Shown here: positions 53,501 through 64,000 of the stretch, piece by piece
Numbering within the stretch: the first letter of the stretch is position 1
Layout of the letters: the number at the start of each line of letters is the position of its first letter
Assembly: GCA_040954595.2 (NCBI GenBank)
Contig: CM082576.2
Location: forward strand, 3,260,760 to 3,324,759
Length of the DNA: 64,000 nucleotides
Source: Balanoglossus misakiensis
Taxonomy: Eukaryota; Animalia; Hemichordata
Reading direction: 5' to 3'
The notes under the pieces: generated by a model
Seen by the model: the letters and a program-made list of their open reading frames with translations, nothing else
Databases searched by the model: none
Told to the model about the DNA's origin: nothing
Program-made: the position numbers and the translations under genes

Positions 53501-56500
53501 AATTATGGCTAATGTCATTTCTTGTAAGTTGTCACTACTAAACCACTTTTATCGCGGTTGCACGTGCAGGCAACTGATTGTTAAAATTAATGTGTCTGTC
53601 GATAAGTCTGTGTACAAACTAATGGTTCAAAATGATGACAGAGTGGATAGGCAATCTTGGTAAAAAATACAGATTGTGAAAATATATAGAAACGACATGT
53701 TTGTGTCATTGACGTCTGACCGCTATTTATTTTTAATTTGTTGGGGACGCGTGGCATCTGAAGAGACTTATTTGATGGGAAGGGGCCTGGACGAACATGG
53801 AGGGAAACGGAAACTGGTCAAAACTCAAACTACAGTTTTCAAATTCCCCCAATGTCCATTTTGATTCTTCCCTTTTCTATCTGTCGACAGGTATGTAGGC
53901 CTTCCATGTACAGCTGTCACCAAACACTATAACCTAGCATAATAAAATTCGCAGTAGTTCACTGTAGGCTACTGTTCCCACTGCATGGTCATATTGACGA
54001 GTTCGCAGTTTGCTCGGGGCATGTTAGTAAGGTGAAATGTTGGGCAGGGATTTTATTGCCACGGCCCATTTACTCAGCTAAATATTGAGCTAGGTTGCAA
54101 GAATACTTTTTATCGTCTCGTGTACGGTTTCATTTTCTTCCTACGCGGGCTTTTCCTCACAGGATACACAATTTATCGCTGCAGATGCGGCAAGGTACGT
54201 CACTCACAACCGAGGTCTGCTGATCAGGTTTCAAAACCAGAATCCAATATGAATATATTCTCTGGGTGATATAATTGGCAAACTTGGGAGTAGATCGCCG
54301 GCGACGAGGTTTCTGAATTTCATGTATATCATTTGATAACAATCCTATAATTATAAGATGATAGTCGTTTAATTCGATAATTTGTGGTTAGATACTAGAT
54401 ATAGTTTGCGGCATTCTTTGTAGATATGAAGTTGCCTTTGTAACACCCATGTAAACTACTATGAGAAGTACCCATATGATTTTTCAATTAGCGATTAAAA
54501 AGATAAAATACGAAACTGAAGAAGGCGGCGATATTACTGTTTCCAGTTCTTAATATCTGCGACAGATATAAATTATAGAGGTGTTGCAACTTTAATAAGT
54601 ATTACATTGGAGTTCTGGTCATGAATTAGAAAAAGAAATCCCAGACAGTATCGACGTTATCTGATCATCAACAATTACTCAAAGTTGGCCTGTGTATTTT
54701 TCTTTTTGTTTTATCGTCTGGTGCACATGGCGCCAAAAATTCGCAGACGACAATTTGTTGTCGAGCGCTCTCGAATTGTACCCTGGGTATACGAAAAGCA
54801 ATGAAAGGAAAGAGACTTATGCGACAGGTGTAACATGCAGACAGAAAATTTCGAGTGTTGGCAATTACCGAGGCTGAGTCAACGAGCGGGGAACTCTTAG
54901 AATAAGACCTAAAACGAGACACAATAAAATTCAAAGACAAATTGTGTCTCGTCTAGGTTCGTGATTTGTTTGAAATTTATCAGTCTGGTCGGGAATCAAA
55001 TATTTGGTTGCCAGGGTGAGTCACCCAGAAGACAATAACGTCAGACGTGATTTTCATCACAAAGTAAAGAGAAACCGGGGTGGGTTTCCATGTTCTGAAG
55101 AAAACGTGCTTTTTCAAGAACGTCGCGCTGCAACGGGCTTGCAAACCTTTGCATTATTGAGCCAATGCGTATATATTACTCTCTGCTATACACATTTCAA
55201 CTTGACGTGGATGAGCTTTCCTCTGAATACGACAAACTTATTTATTTGGCCAAATCGCTGACATTTTAGGGCTTCTTTTTCAAGTTCGCTGGAAAGGCAT
55301 GTTTTCACAGTGGAGTTCCGAGTCCACAAAATTTAGTATTTGGGCAGGGCAGAAGATTCACTATTGTCCCAAGATTTCGCGTACCTATACTCCACCCCTT
55401 TCCACTCCCTCTCTGTGTTTGCGTTCAGTTAGCACAATTTTGAGGGAAGACGCCTGGGGATGTCACCTTGCTTGAAATATTTGAATATTTCAAAGTGAAC
55501 CGGGGGGCTTCGTTGCAAACGAGTTTGAACAGATGGTGAGAAAAAAAAGTGACCCTGATTAGCTTACATGCGGTTGAAAGGGGATATTATATGGAAGCAC
55601 TTATTTGTTTATAAATATGAATCTGGTTTTACGTATAGTGATTAGAAGCAGGCACTCGCGTGTGTAAATACCTCTGTTTGTCCTTGGCGCGATCGTGTTA
55701 TTATCCACGCATTTTTGTCCACATATGTAATTCGTCGACTGATCATGAGAAATATTCTTCAATAAATGCAATTTCGCCATTTTTAATAACATCAGTTCAT
55801 TTGTTTCTCCCCAGGCCTAGTACATCGAGTTATTTTGAAAATTCTGACTATCGTGAGCTTTTGCCCTCGCCGTGTGTAGAAAGCGCTCGTCTTGGCATTC
55901 TGCCAAATTCTCTCTTCTTGATATGTTAATTTCAAATGACTTCATTCATGGGCCACGTAATGCAATGATCCCATATGCATGAATGAATGAAATCGGCCCT
56001 TCCTTTTCATTTTCCCAAACATGTGGCGGTCACTCCGCCTGTCATTCCGGCCAATTATCTGAATTATCTCCGTCTTCTTTTCTTGATGAACACTGCTTCA
56101 AGAAGTGGGTCGGGGATTACGTAAGCTTTTCTCCGCGCTGCAGATGTCGCCTGGCTTATCATAGCGCCGGAACAAAACCGCGTCTTGGAGTCGATCATCT
56201 GTTGCCAGGTTGAGGAGCCGGTGATGGATTTCGACTGCCGCCACGGTTGAGTCTAGTGACAAAGGGGGGGGGGGGGGGCATACGTACGCAAGGGAGTATA
56301 CCAAGACCAAACTTCATGAACGGAGCAAGTACAAGTGTTCAAAATCGCAGACGCTACACAGTTGACCATAATTTCAGTCAACCGCCCACACCAACATTTT
56401 CTCGGCAAGACAGAATAATCTGAATAATTTAATATGCCTCAAATTCCGATACAAAATTAAAGACATTTCACCATTCACCCGAGTCATCTTATATATGATT

Positions 56501-59500
56501 AAAAAGTTGAATTCCTGTTATGGGTACAGTTGACCTTAATATCTAGGTCAGAAAACAACCGCGACCATAATATGAGGACTTGTCATTTTGACGTCGAGCA
56601 ATATTTGAAAGTCAGTGTGCTTTGCCCTCGACTTTGGCATTTGGATTCTGAGCAGAAATTGAACTTTTTCTCTTCCCAGACTTGGTTTTCCAGCTGTGAG
56701 ACATATAAATCCAAAATAAACACCGGCTAGAATATGATTTATGATCGGAAATAATCTGTGACGTCAACATAGCTCGTTTTCACTGGCAGAACTCCATACA
56801 AGGATAGACGCACACCAAATCTGCAGACGACAATACTTTGAAGGTATATAGTCTGCATGAAGTTTTGTAACTTTTTCTAGTTATCTTCCGGAAGTAGGAA
56901 TCTAGTAAATCTGGAAAGGACAAAAGTCGGCCATCTTTCGGCCCAACATGGAAATTCTTCTAATGGATTCGGATATTGATGGCTGCGACCTGGCTCAGCG
57001 TATCCCGACATGCCGCCAAAGCGCCGAGTACAAATGTCGCTGAAAATGTTGCATAGTCCGCTGTATACGCTCGAAACCTCATTAAAATGATGCAGTATAA
57101 CAACTTTGACACGCTCGCAACGTAAACGTCATACCATAGTTACTATTCTATTAAGATGCAATTACGAGGCTTTCCTGAATTGACACTAATAAAACCCCAA
57201 TGTTAAAGACCATACAATATTAATGAAAAGTGCACTTCGGGGAGCATTGCAGCTGTTCCCTCATATATGGCAACGTTAATATGCCCGCTAATACACCGAC
57301 TTATTTGGTGTCGTCCAGAGTGCACAGCGACGCTGGGCTTGTTTTCGTTTAAAGGCGGCTGATGGGAGGCGACACGACCTTAGCATTCTGCCTGCTGCCG
57401 CAACGACGTGTTCGTCGCCAGCAGTGGGAGCGATTTTGTTGTCTGTGCTCACTGACCCAATCTGCCAGCTTTTGTTTTCTCTGGAAGTGGAGACACGGTG
57501 CGTGTCGGCAATTTACTGGGGTTCACTTGTGCGTGTAACCTGTGCACCGCGTGAAAAAAACACTCTCCGTGTAATTAGCAGCATTTCACGAACCGCAAAC
57601 GGTGCTCTTGTCGTGTTTTTGTTTTGTTTGCGAGTCTCTGCCGTCGCGATTTCCTGCGAAGAGTACACTCTCACTTGTCGCTTTGGTGCTAAACTCCGAA
57701 ACCAACGGTAAAATCATTCTGACCAACAATAATGCCATTCTGGCCGACGTTTAATGCAAGCGAGCGACAGTAACATGACGTCATGTCGTTCACACATGAT
57801 TTATGCCCCTTTGAGTTGTCATAGGCTCGGAGCCACTCTCTGTTCACGCTGTGTGATTTACAACTCGCTCCGTTATTGGAATTTGTACAAGTACGTACAC
57901 GGTACAGGGTGACGTAAATTGTGAAAACAATTCGGTAAACCATTCTTTCACTAAAAATCCCACGATGGTGAGCGTAATTTATGTTTCGGACAATACCTTT
58001 TGGGTTGCTGTGGGCATTGGTCACTGGAAACTACTGGGTCAGCTTTTTGTGGATTTTGAGTAATTGTTGAAGGCAGCTTGACAGCTACCGTTTTAGCATG
58101 CTGTTTTTAGCTCATGTAGTATCAACATAGACCAAGGAACGTGTTTACAGTGAAAGTGGCCGTTTTCCAAAGACACGGGCAAGAATCATTCAGTTTACAC
58201 ATAATGTAACTGTCAGTTTGAGTACTAGTACATGTATAACCAAGTCTACTGACAATTCTCCCACTTCCGACACCTGGCGGAAACCACATTCGCGCATATA
58301 GTTTCTGGTATTGTGCGGAGTGACCGTGATCAAACACTGGTCCGGTCCAGCCACAGAGATCTAACTATACACCTTTGCCCCATCGAGTTCCGTTTGCGCG
58401 TAGATTGGATCCGGATCACTGGCAATTGAAATCGCGTGTGATTTTGGACAATGTATGTTAATGTCAGTTAAAATTCTGGCAAACTGCTAGCCGCATGGCT
58501 ATTTCAAACACAACCTCAATTACTATACAGCACTTTCACTGGTGAACCATCGATTATTGTCATCCCAATACCCACAGGCATCTTCTCCCTGTCTCCGTAT
58601 GTCTGTATGTCTGTCTCTGTCTGCCTGTCTTCCGCTGGTCTGATGATATAGACGGTCGGATATTTCAAAAATTATCAGCCAACACAAGATTTGCAGTTTC
58701 CATAAGCGGAAAGTTTATAGTTCTAGGTATCTCAGCAGGCAACACGTGTGTCTCGGGCGCCCGATGGAAGCACTGGTGACCGGAAATGACCCTGACTGCA
58801 TGGTCAAACGATATACACACTACATAAAAAATTAATAGAAAGTCGTCGCACCACAGGAGATAATTAGTGGTCTCTGCCTCGCCGCAGTTAAGTTCAAGGC
58901 CGTGATGGTTGTGGAAAATTGAGTAGCGTCAATCGAGCCCTATAAATAATTCATTCCGCGGAAATGCATTTCGATGATGATTTTTATGTAAAGGACAGGC
59001 GACCTGGTAAATTTAGAAAATATACATTTATATATGTCGGCGTAACCCGACATTGCACTTAGCATAGGCTATACATTGTGTCCGTCTCACATGTTCATTT
59101 TGTCGCCTCGCAAATGTAGATGGAATAGAACTTCATGTTTTAAATGAACAGAATGCGTCATACATTTCTCTCCTGAAGACCCTGTAGTTTTAATCAACAA
59201 GGAGAAAACTGCCAAAAAGCTGCGAAGTGGCAAAGTCGAGATGTGGATGTAATATTTCTGTCTGCCGCGGTGAAAAAGATGGATTAGTTTGCGCTTCTGG
59301 GTAGTGGCATGTGCCGACCTTGTCTTACATGCTGGGGGGAGGGGTGTCGCCTACTTGTGCCTAATCACTGAAGTGGTCTAGCGAGTGACCCCAATCAACT
59401 GACTTGTCCGTGAAACAGATACCCAACGGCGATGAAGATATGCGCCATTGGACAGCGGGTAGAGGGGTCGGACTCGCGTCCTCTTGTCTTTACGGTCACG

Positions 59501-62041
59501 CGCAGACAGCGGCGGTTTCCTTGGCTGTCTCCCCATGCATTGTTTATCTTGATGGACAGAAACAGTAGTGTAATAACTGTGATCTCAAATGTAAACATTT
59601 CACCCTACATCAATTACTACCCGCCGCGTGTCCTAATAGTAACACAGAATGTGTAATAATAAAACACAGGCATGAACACTGCCATGCTGCCAATTGATAT
59701 GAGCATGAATTCTTGTTAAAAATATTCACCTTGGAGGGAGAAAATTCTGTTTTCGATTTATTAATTGGCCGGCGGGCCAACATGCGGTGCTCCACGTAAC
59801 TTTCCCGTTAAAACCACGGGCCCCCAGAGGGACCGTGTCCAAACATAGAGATGGCGAGATATGCATTTCAAGTTCACTACCCCAATATTAACATGTGAGC
59901 GTGTGCGTGTGTGTGTATTTGATTGCTGGACACCCATATGTTGTTCGGGTGAACGTAGTTTGCCCAGAGCTTGATTCAACTGATCTTCGCTCTTCTTCGA
60001 CCGAAACTTGCATCAGGGCAGCTGCAGTGACGTGTTTTGCGTGTCCTACCATACGACGAGCCACGTCTGTCATGAAAAAAGGGCCGCCTTTGTCGGGTTT
60101 ATTCTTTTATTTTCTCTACTTTCATTTTTAGAAGGGAAGAGCAAGTCTGATAACAAGGCGTTAATCTTTGTGATAAGAGCACTCCTTTCCGAACAGATGC
60201 TTTGTGGCGTTTTCTCTGTACTGTTAAAAATTTTCCACGGCATAGACTCTTTTATTCCGCCGCTAGATTCACACTCGGAGGGCATTGAACTCTCCATTAG
60301 ACCATACATAACAAATTAAACATGTGCGTTTTTGTGGAAAGTTAATAAGGGGCAAAACGAGGCTTTTTTTACAACTTTCTTTTTTATTCAAACAAATATT
60401 GTGAAGTGAGAATCAAAAGTACCCGTCATGCAGGCGGACCCATCTGCAGAACAGAAAGAAAGAAAGAAAACGGGTGAAATGTAATGTGTAAGACGGGAGC
60501 GTACGGCAAGTGGCGTTCACGCCTTTGAAAAGTGTTCGAACAACGGATGAAAGCCCGCACCATTGGCGTTTGTCTGGTTTGGCGCGTTTTGTTTTCGTTC
60601 TGCTCAGTGAACACAATTTTATCAGAGTTTGTCAATTGTAGTCAGTCGGGTGGTGCATTGTACACACATAAGACCCGCATGTGTTGTATTAAAGTCATTC
60701 GTCAAAAGAACACTTGATAATTGGGAAGAGGCGACGTGGAGACCCTCTAACGCCCGCAACCACGTCCCGGGCACATTTCTGCTCCAATCGAGAAAACAGC
60801 ACGAGCGGACCTAGCCATAGCCTTGTACACACCCGAAAAGCCGCAGACTATTGTCGTTTAGGGACAGGGTGCATTTTCCTCTCAAATTACTGACTCTGTA
60901 AACATTCAAGACTCTGTTTTTGAAGGCTAAAATGTAACTTATATGCCACTGACTACAAAATCAAAGCTACCAAGGGTAAATTTACTCTATCTCTACCCAA
61001 TAAAAATGTACAAACAGGCATAGTTCACTAACCATTTTCATTTTTCTACTTGTAAAAAATTAATCTGTTGTTTTGAACCCGTTATTCCTTAAAACTGTAT
61101 TATGAACGATATTTTGAGACTTGAAAATAGACATCTGCTAAAAAATAAATTAGCTTCATTACTAGATTCTGCCTACAGTGGCGAAGTATGAGTGCCATCT
61201 AATCCGTCGAGTATAACATGAACTCCATGACCGTAATCTTAGCTTGCATTGATATGCAAATTACATGTTTGTTCGTATGGGAATACATGTATAAGCCATT
61301 TGTTTCCGTAATGAGTCAAGGTTAAGAGTTTCCATTCAAGTTTTCATCCTGTAGAAAGCGAATCACTATGAGACCCAAACTGGTCCAATAATCATTTCCT
61401 GCAAGGCATTTAAAAACGACCATTACTGTAGGGCCATCTTGAACCTCTAAGAAGTGGTAGTACCAGGTGTCCGGAATGGGCATGCGCACCCAACTACAGC
61501 AAATTGTAATCCAGCATATCTTGTACTGTTGTGGTTCAAAGCCAGGAATGCTGTCACTCATCATTCGAGGAACAGATGTGTCATATGTGGATGCAAGAAC
61601 TCCTTAAGTGATCTGATAAATCTAATTTCCCACTGTAAATTGGTAATAAGTTGTGTCTCATTGTTGTGTATATTCATAAAAAAGTCTAGAGTCATTGGTA
61701 AACAATGGGAAAACATTTCGCATGTTCTAGACACCTATTAGTATTTCCTCAAAGAAAAATCTCTCAATTCATAACAGATTCACAGGTCACAGACATATCA
61801 ATGTGCACAAGCGACAAATGGACATCAGTCGTATCATATCGTTGCAATTATAGCATGAGCATTGTAACACTTAATCGTATTATTTTTCGTATAACTTGGA
61901 GGTTATTTTCATGTCAAATACTTCACAGGTTCAGGATATTTACCCAGCAACGCACCTTCCAGGGTCAGAATTCAATTTGTCAACCTTTCTCGTGACAACG
62001 TAGACAAATCTAGTCGTGCTCTATATTATATTGTATGAAAT

Positions 62042-62104
62042 ATACTGTGTCGTATTGTAATGTATTGTGTGGTATTGTATTGTATATTATTGTATTGTAC
62101 AGTA
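62042..62104. repeat. Degenerate (TATTG)n pentanucleotide microsatellite
   Basis: GTATTGTAATGTATTGTGTGGTATTGTATTGTATATTATTGTATTGTAC. Confidence 0.75.
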
Positions 62105-64000
62105 TCCAGAACCATGACTCGGCTTTAGCTTAACTTACATGGTATCCTCGAATATTACGCACACTATTTGTTCCCTGAGACATTCCCTTTAATATTTTGG
62201 TCTTGACACTAATATCTTTTCGATATCCACTGCTAAACACTTTTGGTGGATTTTTTTTCTTCTTCTGGAGCTGAACTACTCGAGTATGAAGAAGGAAAGT
62301 CCCAAAACCGCAGCAGGCTAAAATTATCGACTTGGAAAGTGTCGTCCGGAGCAGAGGCGCGATGATTTGTATTGTCTGGTCTCCGTTGACTTCCAGTTTA
62401 GAATACACTTTTATGAAAGGCGGAATTTTTGCTGGCGGTGTTCACTAACGGTGGGAGTTCTACTGGGCATTCTTTTCTGTGGGAAAATACCTGATCACTA
62501 TCACCCTGTGTTCCGGTCTGACGCTTCACAAAGTCCCCCTTTCAAGACGAAAAACAATAGAAACTGATGACCCCTGAATGACCCACAAGGTCACACGACA
62601 ACAGAGGGTATTGTTTTGAATATACAGACTGGGCAAAATATTTGAATACAAAACGCGTTGCCCAGGAAACCACTGCTAACCCTATTTGATACGTGTTATA
62701 ACGAAAAACAGTCCATAAAATAACACAAAAAGTTGAAACGTTTTCCCAATCTGTGTTTTTTTTGTCATAACAATGATGCGAAATAGTTATGTGTCCCTCA
62801 CGTCTCTTTTAACCATGCCCTCCAAGCGCTATTTTACCTTTTTAAGCCCTGGATTTTGGTGGCACATTCCATGGACCCGTGTAAGTTGTCTATTTGTGGG
62901 TATCGCTTTGCCCTTTACCAGGTACGTCACCACGATTTATTGCTTCGGAGTCTGCCGCATTGTTTATGCTGTCCGCATTGTGCCTGCTTTTGTTTTATAT
63001 GAGACGGATCGGTTCGATCGCTGCGTCGGACCTTGCGGCGTTTCTGCTTCAGTCGTTCGCCCACTCACTGATAGTCCCTCGCCTCGGGATCGGGAGAAAA
63101 CTGAGACGTCTTCTGGCCAATAGGATTCCATGTTTCAAGTGCTTACTACATCGTTTACATGATTTCAGTGTCAGGCACGTGGCAGTTGACTGACCCTCTT
63201 TGGAAAGTGATGATGTTGTAGAAAATGAAGTCAATCTTGTGAGGTTTTTTCCCGATTTATTGGGATATCTCGGTTTGTGATATTTGTAGTGTTTTAACCA
63301 CTGGCGTCCACTTTTTGAAAGTTATAGATCGTGATTGTAGCCTTTCGTTCGGCCCAGAGATAGAGAGACAGAGTCAGAGATATTTTGTGTCGAGTGATTG
63401 TTGTTAACTTTGACAAGGTAGTGAGTAAAACATGATGGAAGGATTACGTCATCGCTTCGTCACGGCTCGAGCCTGTGCCAGAAACACCATTACGAGAATC
63501 TTGTCGAAAATTGATTGAAGTATGGAAATATTCCATTAATTAATCTATCATCCTTTTACCAGAATGGATCCGTCAATATGGACAAATAACACGACAGTGG
63601 TCCCCGTTCGGGGCGTTTCATGTCAGAACTTGTAGTGGCCGAGTTTTGCATCCTGAAAGTACACCACCTCCACCGTTAGACAATGATACGGGCAATAAAA
63701 ACGGACTGTGCTTTTGTTAACGATGCAGGGGGCTCTGCGGGTAATAACTTATAAAAAATCGCTCGACTGGGCCTACTGTAAAGAGTAGGGGCTTGGTTAC
63801 CACCATATTTTCATCTGCGATATTAGTATAGACCCACCTCTTCGATTTTCCGACGTGTTGGTATTTTCCTTGTAGGAAGTTTTGTATATTGTGCAATTCT
63901 TTGTTGCATGCACCAAAAGGGGACCCTAGAAGGGGCCTCTGTCAAATCTCGACTGAGTAGGGGCTATTGTTGGCTGGGGTAGTCAGTCTCTGTCAAACAG

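Noticed and set aside
46967-62485. Su(H)/CSL GTGGGAA sites (46967, 53324, ~53975, 62478)
   Set aside because: They are dispersed, unpaired and close to chance frequency.
47190-63234. Many 60-116 aa ORFs in the distal region
   Set aside because: I saw no recognisable motifs or phase-consistent exon chain, and the lengths fit random ORFs. Small exons of a flanking gene cannot be excluded.

Overview
This is eukaryotic, intron-rich animal DNA, most likely a marine invertebrate deuterostome such as a hemichordate (inference; the species cannot be fixed from sequence). Bases 1-45,000 hold a compact cluster of six spliced genes whose exons I assembled by hand with consistent reading phase: a PP2A B56 regulatory subunit (PPP2R5A/E-like, +, 5' exons outside the window), FKBP2 (-), SNRPD2 (+, head-to-head with FKBP2), an SRSF4/5/6 SR protein (-), amnionless AMN (-) and INO80 (+, 31 coding exons, about 1576 aa). 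Bases ~46,800-64,000 are a CpG-rich stretch with no recognisable gene, probably a regulatory desert, with a CTCF-like site at its edge. I found no prokaryote-style novel system (no CRISPR, operon or prophage). The most interesting signals are post-transcriptional. The SR gene has candidate poison acceptors and an intronic polyA signal in the SWQ|DLKD intron, plus a donor inside the RS exon that joins in frame to two downstream terminal exons. FKBP2 has a spliced uORF whose stop overlaps the main ATG. There are also GC splice donors and a duplication with a templated inverted junction in INO80 intron 1.
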